DNA of 64,000 bases from Piromyces finnis finn (Eukaryota > Fungi > Neocallimastigomycota). The notes beneath the pieces were generated by a model. It searched no databases, had not been told where the DNA came from, and saw nothing but the letters and a program-made list of their open reading frames with translations. Position 1 is the first letter of the stretch. Every line of letters begins with the position of its first letter. Below are positions 30,662-44,339 of this stretch, in pieces. The translations under genes were made by a program, and so were the position numbers. The stretch spans positions 806,001 to 870,000 of the forward strand of contig MCFH01000013.1 in the NCBI GenBank assembly GCA_002104945.1, given 5' to 3'.

Positions 30662-30879
30662 AAATACCTTTATTGAATTATTTAACGTTTCCACTAATGT
30701 ATCTTTGGTTATACTATTACATATTGAGTCTACTTTTTCTTTACATCTATATTTTATTTTTTATATGAAAATATAGTATTATTATTATTATTATTATGTT
30801 TATTATTATGTTTATTATTATTATTATGTTTATTATTATTATTATGTTTATTATTATTATTATGTTTATTATTATTATG

Positions 30880-30922
<43 letters not shown>

Positions 30923-32102
30923 GTTTAACACCAGATAAAATATAATCATTTAATAATATTTGCATATATAAATTTATTTTTATATTTTATTGGAGTTGGA
31001 GTAACATTTAAATATTAGAAATAATATTTTATCACCTATTACGATTCAAGAAACTTACTTATTTATTTCCGTTATTGAATTCATTCTTCTATTTATTTGT
31101 TGCTCCAACATTAATTTAATTGTATCTCTTGCCTATTTTTATTAAGAATTGAAGTAATTAGTATTCTTCCTTAAGATTTTTTATTTATTAAATAGATAAA
31201 TAAAAAAAATAAAATAATTACTTGATGTGTTCTGCAGCTATTTAATAAATGATGCATATTAATTAAAATAAGACGTATATTATCAACATTTTTAGCATAC
31301 TATTTTTACACAATAATATGAAAAAAAAAAAAAATAAATAAACAAATTTATAGTATATAATATTAAAGATTTATATCCAATATATAATAATAATATAAAT
31401 TAGAAATTAAAATAGAAATTTATATGTTATGAATAATAAATAAGATATAAATATTATAAAGAATCGTACATCTTCAGGTGTATGGGATAAAGTTTTTAAT
31501 AATTCTACATAGTTAAATAGTAATGAGTGATTTAATTTTTTTAAGATTTTTATATAATCGGTTGTTCCTGTATATTATATTTTACAATAATTATAATAAA
31601 ATTTAATTTTAAAATTTAGCGCTATATATAATATAAGACTATTGATAAGTATATATTTGAATATTGACCTTCCATTTCATCTGGGTATAATTGTGGAATT
31701 TGATAATTCTTTAACAATTGAATTTCTTCATTAATCTTTAATATTATATTAACAAATTAATTTTAAAAAAAAAAAAGAAAAGAAAAGAAAGAAAGAAAAA
31801 ATAAATGATAATAATACATTAATGGAAAAATTTAGTTATTATCTATGCTTTTTTTTAATTTTAAAAATTTTAATAATATAAATTACCGGTTTCTCCATCC
31901 CAAATACTCTAAATGTACCTGTCGTTAAAGGTTTTGGAGGTTCTAAAAATGAAAAATCTTGCTGTTGAATTGAGGCAGCCAAAGTTGCTGCAGATGCTGC
32001 TTTCTTTGCATCATCACGTAGTTTTATATTTTCATCAGTATAATTTAAATAAAAACTTGGGGGTGGTGGATATAATTCAGAAACTGTTTGTTCATTTGAC
32101 AT
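30273..32102 (-). CDS. MED7: Mediator complex subunit Med7, multi-exon
   Basis: MSNEQTVSELYPPPPSFY, FLEPPKP, FRVFG, LKKLNHSLLFNYVELL, NIRLILINMHHLLNSCRTHQ-ARDTIKLMLEQQ match the Med7 signature (NxHHLLNxxRPHQARETL). Confidence 0.9.
30776..30921. repeat. Compound (ATT)n-ATGTTT higher-order repeat in a MED7 intron
   Basis: Six ...ATTATGTTTATT... units separated by variable ATT runs. Confidence 0.9.
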
Positions 32103-32708
32103 GTTTTTTTATGGATTTGTAGGGGATTTTCCACTTCTTTTTAAAATAAAATAAAAAATTTATATATTTATAATTGTTTATGATGATGAATAGTATTATT
32201 AAGTTATAATATTTTCTACTAAAATATATGTTGATGTAGAGTTATTCTAAAATTAAACTTTATATATAAAAATTAACACTGAAATAAATCTAATTGTATA
32301 AAATGAGAAATCCTTTCAAAATATTACAGATAAGGTAATTTTGCTTTGACTATATATGTTGTGTTAACAATAAATATGAGATTTTCTCATAAAGTTTCTC
32401 CTGTTGTTATATAATTATGGTATATTATCAATTTTACAAATAAATTTCATTAATTTTATGATTGAAAATCCATTATAAAAATAAATATTTTAAATAATTA
32501 TTCCTATATTTAATTTTTAAAACTCAAATAAGGATAAAGATCTATGATCATTTAATATATATTTATGTTTAAATCCACCTGAATTATTATTTATTATTTA
32601 TTATTATATCATGGGATTTTTAAATTAAAAAATTTTATAAATTTATAAAAAAAAAAATCTAAAAATTTTCTATATCGATTATTAAAAAAAAAAAAAAAAA
32701 AAAAAAAA
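32103..32708. promoter_or_regulatory. Probable bidirectional promoter region between divergent MED7 and PSD1
   Basis: Divergent start codons about 600 bp apart. Function is inferred from geometry only. Confidence 0.45.
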
Positions 32709-35119
32709 ATGAATAATTTACAAAATCGAATTATTCAAAGTACTTCTTTTAGAACTAATTATTTATTAGTAAACAATTTAAAAAAAATAAATGTTAGTCT
32801 TTGTTCTAATGTATACAAAAGTACTTTAACATCAAATGTTCAATTTTCCAATTTAAATAATTTTCACTTAAATAATACCCAATATGATTCTTTATTGAAT
32901 AAAAATTTCCAAATTTTAACTTTTAAACATACTTATGCCCAAACTACAAATGGTAAAAAATTCTTTTAAAGGAAAAAATAATAATAAATATAATATTTCA
33001 TTTTATATAAAATGGTATATTTTTGAACTATTCCTAAATATTTTAATTTATATTTTAAAATAAAATAATAATAATATAAAATAATAATATTATTATGAAA
33101 ATATAAAATAAATATTTTTAATTCCTTTATTAAAATGGTTTGAAGGAAAAGCTGAAAATAATAAGAATGAAACCAATAAAGAAGAATCTACCAACCAATC
33201 CAGTAATGCTAATTCTAATAACAAAAATAATAATAATTCAAAAGAACATAAAGATAGAACTAATTTGTATTCAATAATTCTTGGTCTTGCAGCAGTTTCA
33301 GCAGCTGGAACTTTAAAAGTTCATAAAAAAGTTTTAAAAGAAAAACTTAAAGAACTCGAAAATGAAACCCAAATAAAAATTGAAGGTTCTCCTTTAGTAT
33401 GTATCATTAGTTTTTTTTTTTTTAAAAAAGAAAAAAAAAAAAAAAAAAAATTTAGAAATAATAAATAATAATGGTATTAGTAGTTAATAATAATAATGAT
33501 GATGATTATATGAAATAAATTGTAAATAATGTTTCATACATCTCATTCAATAAAAATTGAAGATAATTTTAATATAATTAAATTTCATAAAAAAGAAAGA
33601 GATTTAATGTAATATTTATTATATTGTACTAATTATATAATATACATATATATATATCTTAATAAAAGATGAAATTCTATGCTATGCTTCCTTTAAGAAT
33701 TTTATCGAGATTTGCTGGTAAAATATTAAATCTTACTATACCAGAAAAATTACGTCCAAAAATTTACAAAGCCTACGCCAAAAATTTCGGTTGTAACTTG
33801 GACGAAATGCTAGACGAAGATTTAACTCATTATAAAAGTATTGCTGAATTCTTTTATAGAAGAATCAAGCCAGAAGCCAGACCTATTGACAAAAAAGTTG
33901 ATTTGGTATGCTTTATTTAATTAAAATTTTATTCCTATTATTAAAAATAAATATATATAAATATCCAATAATTCCAATGATAATCAATAATAATGGAAAT
34001 AATTTAAGAATTTTTATTAATATTATAAATAAAAAAAAAAAAATTATTGATTTGGTATTGAATATTGATAGGTTAGTCCTGTAGATGGTAGAGTCTTACA
34101 ATTTGGTGAAATTATTAATAATGAAATTGAACAAGTTAAAGGTTTTACCTACTCAGTTGAATCACTTCTTGGTTATAATGGTAATTCTAAAAAGGAAAAG
34201 ACTATCGAACTCAGTAAAGAAAAGATTGAAAAAGTTATAAAATCTATGCAACGTCAACCATCTCATATGAATATGACTCATCAAAAATTCCTTGAAACTT
34301 ATTCTATAGAATCTTCCGAAGTTGCCGAAAAAATTAAAGAAAGAGAAACTAATAAATATGTTAGACATCATAATAAATTATATTATTGTGTACTCTATCT
34401 TTCTCCTGGTGATTATCATCACTTCCACTCTCCAACTAATTGGATTATCGAAAAATGTAGACACTTTTCAGGTAAATTAATTTTAACACTAATACTATTT
34501 ATATAGAAATATAATAAATATTATTTTTAAATTTTTTTTTTTTTTCATTATAATATATTACTATTATTGTTATCCTATTTTTAACCTCTTTCAACCTTGA
34601 TATTCATAGGTCACTTACTTAGTGTATCACCAAAAATTGTTAATTTAGTTCACAATTTATTCACTGTTAATGAACGTATTGCTCTCCTCGGTAGATGGAA
34701 ACATGGTTTTTTCTCTATGGTACCAGTAGGTGCAACTAATGTTGGTTCAGTTGTTTTAACCATTGATGATGTAAGCAATATTAAATATAATTTATATAAT
34801 TTATAATAAAAACTAAAATAAATATAATAATTAATTAAAACCTTTATTCCTATATAATTTTTAGAAATTAAAAACTAATATGCCATACCGTAAGCAATCT
34901 ATTAAAAGAAGAGATAAAAATTATGGTGTGTTTGTTGAACGTTCTTATGACAATGGTTCACCTCTTCTTAAAGGTATACCAGTTCATCGTGGAGAAGAAC
35001 TTGGTGGTTTCCAAATGGGTTCCACTGTTGTTTTAGTATTTGAAGCTCCAAAGAACTTTAAATTCAATATTACTCCACATCAAAAGATTAATGTTGGTCA
35101 ACCAATTTCTGAAAAATAA
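32709..35119 (+). CDS. PSD1: Phosphatidylserine decarboxylase proenzyme, mitochondrial/PSD1 type, multi-exon
   Basis: [84 protein letters not shown], and the self-cleavage motif [10 protein letters not shown]. The N-terminus is basic/hydroxylated and followed by a TM segment. Confidence 0.95.
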
Positions 35120-35261
35120 ACAATTTTATATAAAAAATAATTATTTTGATCCCACCATGTTTATATATAATTAATCAATACTATAAAAATAAAAATAAAA
35201 TAAAAAAAATAAAAAATTAAAAAAGAAAACATTAAATGACATGTTTTTTTTTTATTTAAAT

Positions 35262-35332
35262 TTATTATTACTATTATTACTCTAATTATTATTATTACTC
35301 TAATTATTATTATTATGTTTATTATTATTATT
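35262..35332. repeat. Short (ATT)n array containing both ACTCTA and ATGTTT interruptions
   Basis: ttattactctaattattattattactctaattattattattatgtttattattattattt. Confidence 0.85.
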
Positions 35333-35339
35333 TGCAGTC

Positions 35340-35930
35340 TTTTAAGCTAAATTTTTATATATAATATTCCACCCTAAAAAATTTCATAATAGTAATGATT
35401 TTTTTCTTGGTGTAACATCCAGATTAAAAATAAATCAATTATCCTATCATATGCCCTAATAAATAAAAGATTTTATTTATATTGTTTTAGGTCAAAAACA
35501 AAAAGAAAGCATTTACTCGTCAAATCTTTTGGCTATTTTATGCAATAGTATAGTATCACTTAGGTATTAAAAACTTTTGGTATGTTTTTATTTCATTTCT
35601 TTTAAATATCAAAGATGATCTTCCTCTAATAAAATATAAAATGGTAAACCCTACAATACAATTAAAATTGATTAATTTCTTAAAAAATATTATTATGAAG
35701 AAAAAAATAATACTCTTCAATCCTATAATTTAGTAATTTTAAGCATATTCATGACCACTTTATTTCTTTTTACTTCATCGAAAAAGGGATAATAAGTATA
35801 TGAAAAATACTGACAAACCAAGCAGGGATTAAACCATTAACTTTTTATAGGTTAAGAGTAAAAATAAAATAACCAGAAAAAAGCTAGCTCATTATTTTAA
35901 TATATAATTATCAACCACCACCACCACCAT
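35340..35930 (-). pseudogene. Possible heavily decayed multi-pass membrane protein remnant
   Basis: Slightly less AT-rich than flanking DNA. The minus strand gives hydrophobic protein-like stretches (LAFFLVILFLLLTY, LLGLSVFFIYLL, VGFTILYFIRG...FKRNEIK) interrupted by many stops. Family not identifiable. Confidence 0.25.
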
Positions 35931-36729
35931 AAAAATGGTATTAAAATTTTATTTTATTATAATATACTTCACCATTTATTATTAAGTCAAGACACACCTT
36001 TTAAATTTTTACCTTGTATTTTCATTCTACCTAAAAATCGATTAAAAATTTAATTGGTTTAGATGATAATCTAAACCTATATATTACAATATACTCCAAT
36101 TCATATATTCAAATATATTATTATAGTGTAACAATGACATTTTTGTAATTTTATATATATAATCATATAGATTAATATATTAATAATATATTGGATAGAG
36201 TTTATAATAAGCTGAGTGAAAACAAAACTTTTGTGTATATTTAAAATTTAAAAATATCAATTGAAAATAATATATTAATAATTGTCAGTATATATTATGA
36301 GTACTATATAATATGTATGTTGAGTATAATCAATTAAATAGTATAATTAAATTCATCAAAAATTCTTTTTTTAAATCTTTAATAAAAAATAGTAATTTTA
36401 ATTAAAATTTTCTGTAATATAAAAAATAAAAAAAGAATATCGTATTTTTTTTTTACACCTCAAAAAAAAGAAAGGTTTATTTCAATACACAGAAATACAA
36501 AAATAGCGATAATTTTATATTTCATAAAAAAAAAAAAAACAGGTGAAACATTTAAATTTCATTTCTATGTAAACTTTTAAAAAGAATAAACTATCTTAAA
36601 AAGAATTTACTTTTTTAAAATACTAAATGATCATGGTTAGATTAAAAAATTTCTGTAAATTTCAAGATAGGATAAAAAATTAGATTAAAAAAAGTTTGAG
36701 TATTGGTTCATTCTTTGACTCTAAAACTC

Positions 36730-36948
<219 letters not shown>

Positions 36949-38189
36949 ATCCTTTGACTTCTTTTATAATAATAAAATAGTCCACCTACAATATCCTACA
37001 ATATACATGTTTATATTACTTTTTTTTATTTATTTAAATATAAAATTGTTGTTGTTGTTGAGTAATTATATAAAATGTGGATAAACAAAAAATTATGTTC
37101 AACAGAGTATTTTTATTATTATTACCACTATTACTATTATCTGGTGTAATAAATAGGAATAAAGTTTTTTAAACAATGGTGGTATCCATGATAATAATTA
37201 TATAAAATATAATAGCCATATAAACCTCCACCTTCTTTACTAATAAACTAATAATAGAATTATATGTTATTATAATGGTTCTATACAATTATTCTCCTTT
37301 TCAATATTATTATATACATTGTATCATTATATACTTTAATTTTATATTTACTATCATCCTACCTAAAAAAAAAATGAATGTTTAGGATGATCCTAAATCA
37401 TTAAAAAAACTGACTAAAATATTTAATTTATAATTATCCTATTTTTTTTTTAATATAAATTATTAAAAATACAAAAAAAATTATTTTTTTTTTTTTTGTT
37501 TTTTTTTATTATTTTTCAATAAAACCATAAAATAAAACAACTTCATTATTTAAAAAAAAAAAAAAAAGTAGACTAAAAAAAGAACTTTATTATAAAAAGT
37601 CACTTTTATTTATTTAAAAAAAAAAGAAAAAAAAAATATAATTTTAAGATTTTATTAATATATATTCATTTTTTATATAAAGGAATATAAACAATATATA
37701 ATACCCATAATTATCAAATTTCATATATTATCAGTTTTCCTTTTCTTTTAATTATCTATCATCTCATATTTAATTAAACTTATTCTGTATCTTATTATTT
37801 TGAATATAGTAAATAATATAAAGGTAAAAAATTTTATTCATTTTTAATTACAATAATAAAAAATGACTATAATTAAAATGCTTATAAATAAATAAATAAT
37901 AATAATAAATGTATTCTTTAATAAAAAGAATTTGTTTATTACTATTATTCTACTGTTAGAAAGAAAATAATAATAAATAAACATCCTATTTAATACTTAG
38001 TAGATGAAATAATTTTAATTTTAAAAAAAAAATAAAATTATTAATATAAATAGTTTTAAAAAGTTGAATATAATTATAATACAAAAATCTTTAAATTTTA
38101 TAAAAAAAAAATAAATATATGTTATTATTTTAAATTAAATGCCATTTTAATTGTTATTAAATATACGTTTTTTTAATTTATTAATAGAA

Positions 38190-38923
38190 ATGCCAGCCCC
38201 ACCAAAACCACGTAAGATTGTTGTATTAGGCGCTCCAGCTGTCGGAAAAGTAATATAAATGATATTTAAAAAAAAAAAGAAATTTATATATAAAATAAGT
38301 AACTCAAACTAATATTTTCCATATACAATTTATAATTTATATATAAAATAATCAAATTTCCTATATATTTTAAAAATTATAAAATAACTCCTATTTCATA
38401 AAATTAAAAAAAAAAATAGTCTTCTTTAACTATAAGATTTGTTGAAGACAAGTTTGTTGATAATTACTATCCAACCATTGAATCTTCTTATACTAAAGTA
38501 GTTAAGCATAAGAATCAAGAATATGCATTAGAAATTAACGATACTGCAGGTCAAGATGAATTTTCAATTCTTAATAATAAGCATTCTATAGGAACTCATG
38601 GTTACGCTATAGTTTATTCTATTACTTCTCGTGACTCATTCTATTTATGTGAAACTATACGTGACAAAATTTTAAATTATACTGGTACAGATTGGGTTCC
38701 AATTGTCTTAATTGGTAACAAGTGTGATTTAGAAGGTCAACGTCAAGTTACTAAAGAAGAATTAGCTGCTTTAGGTCAAAAATGGAATTGTAGTTATATT
38801 GAAAGTAGTGCTTTCTCTAACACCAATATTGGTAAAGCATTTGATTTATTAATTGCTGAAATAGAAAAATTAGATAAAGCTTCTGGTGGTGAATCTGCAG
38901 GTGGAGCTTGTATAATTCAATAA
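38190..38923 (+). CDS. RHEB: Rheb small GTPase (Ras family, TOR activator), 2 exons
   Basis: [91 protein letters not shown] and C-terminal CAAX CIIQ* are all Rheb-type features. Confidence 0.9.
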
Positions 38924-39899
38924 ATAAATATACTATTTTCTCGAGAAATATAATTAATATATATTACTCAAAACCTTTAAAAGTATTTAAAATAGAATCC
39001 TTGAAGATTTTATTTTAATACACATACATAATAATTAAAAATAAATGATATAAAAAAAATTAGTATAATAAAAAAAAAAAAAAAAAAGCATATGTTTAAA
39101 CCCTCTTGTTTTTATATTTAGTTTAATGCTTAATAAATATTATTAAAAAAATAAATAATTAATAAACCAAAATATATATATATACAATAATAATCATATT
39201 TTCTAAACAAAAAAAGAAAAAAAAATTTATGTTCGCATCTAATAGTCTTTTTATAATTAAGGAAATTAGTATTACTTTAAAAATAATTGTATATTAATAT
39301 ATTTAATTAATTATAATATTTATAATAACAAAAGCCAAGATAATCAAAATATACAAATAATAAAATAGTGTAGTAACATAATATAATTAGAAATAAAAAA
39401 TAAATTGCTAGGCTAATATATCTTTTATATTTTTATTTAATTTTTTTTTTTTTTTTTTTTAATTCTCTCTTTCTATGTATATGTATTAAATACCATGAAT
39501 AATTATGAATATTTAATAAACTTTAAATGAACAAATACTTTCTTTTTCTGTTGTTGACAATTGAAAAGGTCTATCAATTGTATTCTTATTAAAAATAATT
39601 ATTTAATTTTAATTTTAATTCACTTAATATTTCAATTAAATACTACATAAAATTTTAAAGTTGTAAAATTTTAATTAATAATTTAATTAACAGTTTTTTA
39701 ATCTAACACTAATTCTATTATTAATATATATACATATATATATATATTTTCATTTTTAATTTTTTTTTTTATACACAGCTATAAAACCAACAACTAAGTT
39801 ATTCTAGATTCTTGTACTAAAAATAAAAAGATAAGCAATTATTATTTAAATCATTTTTCATATATTTATATATATATATATAATACTTTAAGTAAAATT

Positions 39900-42173
39900 A
39901 TGTCATATTCATACTATACAACTGCAGGTATAATATTATTAAAGTTGTTTTAAGTCTTAACATAAATTAACCATTTCTTAAATTATTCTTATTAACATTA
40001 GCCAGACTTGGTTTTGATATACCAAATAGTGAAACTAGAAATATTAATGGAAATGCACCACAAGATTATAGATATAAAAAAATGAATATTAACACCACTA
40101 TAAATAAGAATTATATTAAAAATAATAACTATATAAATAAACCAGATACAAATTATAAAAACCAAAAATCTTCAGATTACAATAATTATAATAGATATCA
40201 TAACTATAATAATTATACCACTCGTCATTTCACTGATAATGTAGCAGAAATATTTTATAGTAATGCATATGATCCTTCTAAAGACAGAAACGCTATTAAA
40301 GAAATACGACCAGAAAAAAGAATAGTTTTTACAAATAAATTTAATCAAAAAAACACACTAAATAATTCATTCAATGATGATAACAAAGAAAACACATACA
40401 ATAACATTAAAAAGAATAATTATATTAATGATAAAAATCTAGTAAAAAGTGATACCATACACAACAATAAAGATGCTGTAGGAAATATAGCTTCATACCT
40501 TGAACCAGAAAATGATCAATATAATAATAATGGTGATAATCTTTCTAATAATAACAAGCATCTTCAAAATAGTGATGCGTATGTAGAAAATGCTAAACTT
40601 TACAGTAATACGATCGCCAAAGATAAAAACAATATAATAGATGATAAAGATATTTATGATAATAAATTCTCAAATGAAAGATTAAATAATAACTATACTA
40701 CGATCACCAATAAAAATATTGATACTAAGGAATTATTTTACAGTACTGAGAATAATAATTATGATGTTAATAATTATCCTCAAATAGAAAATAGTGTTCA
40801 ATATGAAAGTAATAATGAGGTTACCAATAATTTAATATATAATGAACATAAAAATTATAATAGTATTGAAAATGATAAATTACCAAAAAACAGCATTGCA
40901 AAGAAAGAAGAAAAAATAAATTTTAATACTGATAATAATAACAGCATTAAAGATAAAATAAAATATTTGAATATAGATGATGAAAAAGAAAAAGAACCCG
41001 TCAAGTCGGTTCAAGACATAGAAAATGAAAAAAGAAAACTTTATTACGATTTTGCAAATAATAAAAAAAATAAATATGATGTAAATAAATGGAGTCGCGA
41101 ATACGATAAATTAAATACCTTGGAAAAATTAAATAACTATACGAATAAACGATACAATACATCTTTCGACTTTAAAAATGAATATAAAAACTTATATGAC
41201 ACTTCAAACTACGATAATTCTTGTAGTAATCATGATATTAAAATCAATAATGATATCAATGAAATAATAAATAAAAATATTAGTAGTAGCTATACTAAAA
41301 ATGAAAATGACAATAATAAATCAAAAATAAAGGATACTTCAACAGAATTAAAATCGAATATTGAAAAAAAAGATAACAATAATGTAGGACCCTATATTCA
41401 TTCCTATATAAAAAATAATCCAAATCCAAATCTGTATGATATGAGATATTATCAAAGACTAAATTCATCAAAAAGAGTCCATGAATTATTGGGTGGTCTC
41501 AGTAAAGAATTAGAAAAGTAAAGTATTATAACATTTTTAATTATTCGTTTATCATTACAATAAATTAATATAATTATTATTTCTATTATTTAAATTCCTA
41601 TAGTGAAATAAAAAATAATGAAAGTAATACAAATAACACAAATAATAATAATAATATCAATAATAATAGTATATCTAGATCAAATGGTAAGCTACTTTGG
41701 ATATTAATATAATTAATTATATAAAAATAATTTGATTTTAAAAAACTAAAATGTTATTATAAACTAATTTTCTATAAATCAGTAAATGATAATATTACTA
41801 ATATGCTAAAAGATCTTAATAAAACAAATAATGAGAATCAACAATTAAAACTTGAAATTCAAATTCAAGATAGAAAAATAGCAAATCTAGGTATCTATTT
41901 ATTATCAATGATTGATAATAAGATATCTTTTACATTTATTTTATTAATATTTCTTCTTTTTTTTTTTTTTTTTTCACAATTTATTCATTAATTAAAATAG
42001 AAAAAGATTTACAACAGTATAAATACGATAATCAAAATTTAAAAAAAGAATTAGAAGAAAAAGAAAAGTTTTTCCAATCACAAATGAAAGAAAAAAAACA
42101 TAAATCGTAATAAGTTTTAATATATAAGTTAATTTAAAAATCAATGTTTAAAATTTAATTTTTAAATATTTTT

Positions 42174-42215
<42 letters not shown>

Positions 42216-42467
42216 TTTGGAATACTTATATTCAGATTGTCAATCTAAGCTGTATAATGAAAAAGAAGAAAATAAAAATTTAAAACTCTACATTGAAAAT
42301 CTTGAAAAAGAATTGGAAATTTCCAAAAAGGTAAATACTACTATATCAATTAAGAAACTATATATTTAAGCAATTATATTTGAAACAATAATACTTATAT
42401 TAGATATATACATATTTAATAGCTTTTGAAAGATCAGTATATTTCAACCAGAAAAAGTATTCTATAG
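39900..42467 (+). CDS. Uncharacterised protein: long Asn-rich low-complexity region plus C-terminal coiled coil
   Basis: Exon 1 ATGTCA...GCAG|gt splices in frame into ORF 40082..41521. Further small GT-AG exons give heptad-rich LKDLNKTNNENQQLKLEIQIQDRKIANLEKDLQQYK...LEKELEISKK-LLKDQYISTRKSIL*. Confidence 0.7.
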
Positions 42468-43800
42468 TCTATTCCTTAATACTTTTGTAAAGAAATTTTA
42501 AAAAAAAAAAATACATCAAAATTATTTTATTAATTATTTGAATTATTATAATAATTTTGAAAATCATATACAACTGATATTTTACTAATCGTTTTTATTA
42601 TAAACTATTTTATAATCGAATTTATAGTTATAAGTAGTTTATTATTTATTTATAATTCTAATATTAAATAAATAAACAAATAAAATAAAATTCTTTCTTC
42701 TTCCTCTATTTGAATTTTGTTTAATTTTTCCATATAATCTATATACTATGATATTTTTTATGATATGATGTTAATTTTAAAAAGTTTTTCTTTCGGTTTA
42801 TATTTTTAAAAAATAAAGTTTACTAAATTAAACAATAAACTTATAACTATTTTTATTATACAATTTTATAATAATTAAATATTAAATAATAATTGAAATG
42901 ATATATTTAAAAAAAAAATAATATAAAAATAACATTTAACATTAATCTATTAGATATATATATGTAAAACTTTAGAAATAAATTATTCCTTTTCAGAAGA
43001 CTTATGGCAAAATAAAGAATACATGTTATAATATACATGAAATATGAAATATGCTTATATATACTATATACTTTTTTTTACCTAAAATTTTCGAATGCTT
43101 TAAACTATAAATCTTATGCTTTTTTATTTTATATTTAAATAATAGAAAAATCATAGAAAAATCATCATATATTAATGATTTAATTAATTATAGTTTAATA
43201 AATAATTTAACCAATATTCAAAATAAACAAAAAAATCTTTTAAAAATTTAAATAAAATATATATAAAATAAAGCAACTATATTTTTTTGTATCTTTATCT
43301 TTCTCCAAATATTACAATCATACAAAAATAACCTAATTACTAAATATATTATTATATATTATTATATTATATATATATTATTATTAATAATGAACATTTG
43401 AGTCTAAATATTTTCTTTGAAAAACATAAAAAAAAAAAAAAACATTCTTTATATATTAACCATATATACTTATTATTGTCCTAATTATCTTATATTTATT
43501 TTCAGTAAAATCATTCAAGAATATTGAATTTCAACTTTTTAATTCAGCATTTTATCCAACGAATCTATTATAATAAATAATTATTATATTACTTTTATGT
43601 GTTTGTTTATATATCTTAAAACATAATTTTAACTACACTTATATCAATAAAAAGATAAATATAAAAACTATAGAAAATTAATTTTTCATTTTATTCACCA
43701 TGTATATTATTACAAATTGAAAGTAATAATTCAAAAAAAATAAAAATAATAACAATAACAATAATAGATAAATAAGATAAATAAATATAAAAAATAGAAG

Positions 43801-43834
<34 letters not shown>

Positions 43835-44339
43835 ATAATAATATAATAATAATAAATATACATATTGCATTGCATAATAACAAAAATTAATTCAAATTAC
43901 CATAATAACATATAACCAAACATTAAAGTTTTAAAAAATAAATAGAATTAATATTGAATTAGGTATTTAATTTATTATTTTTTTTTTCTTCTTATTTTAA
44001 TATATGATAAAAAAAAAAAAAAAATAATATGATTTTAATAATTTTATAATAAAATTTAAAATTAAATTTCATTAAAAAACAAATTTTAATTGAATGAAAT
44101 GAATATAATTCAAACTTCATAAAAATACATGAATCATGAATAATTATAAGTTTATAGATATTACTACAATTTTTTAATATATTAACGATAAAAACATTAT
44201 ATTTCAAACATTACTTAACATTATATTAAATATATTATAATAATACCCCCTATTATATCTATTATATCTATATAATATATATATATAATATTTATTTGAT
44301 ATTATATATAGTGAGCAACAGATAGAAAAAGCTATAAAT

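Noticed and set aside
30776-30921. Regularly recurring ATGTTT unit resembling a CRISPR-like repeat-spacer pattern
   Set aside because: Spacers are just ATT runs, units are too short, no cas genes are present, and the context is a eukaryotic intron.
30747-30965. 72-aa Ile/Asn ORF on the minus strand
   Set aside because: It is a MED7 exon end running into the intronic ATT/ATGTTT repeat.
43678-44207. Hydrophobic minus-strand ORFs upstream of presenilin (also 27454, 28152, 28512, 29651)
   Set aside because: Low-complexity AT-rich intergenic or intronic sequence yields F/I/L/Y-rich pseudo-ORFs. No splice logic or motifs.
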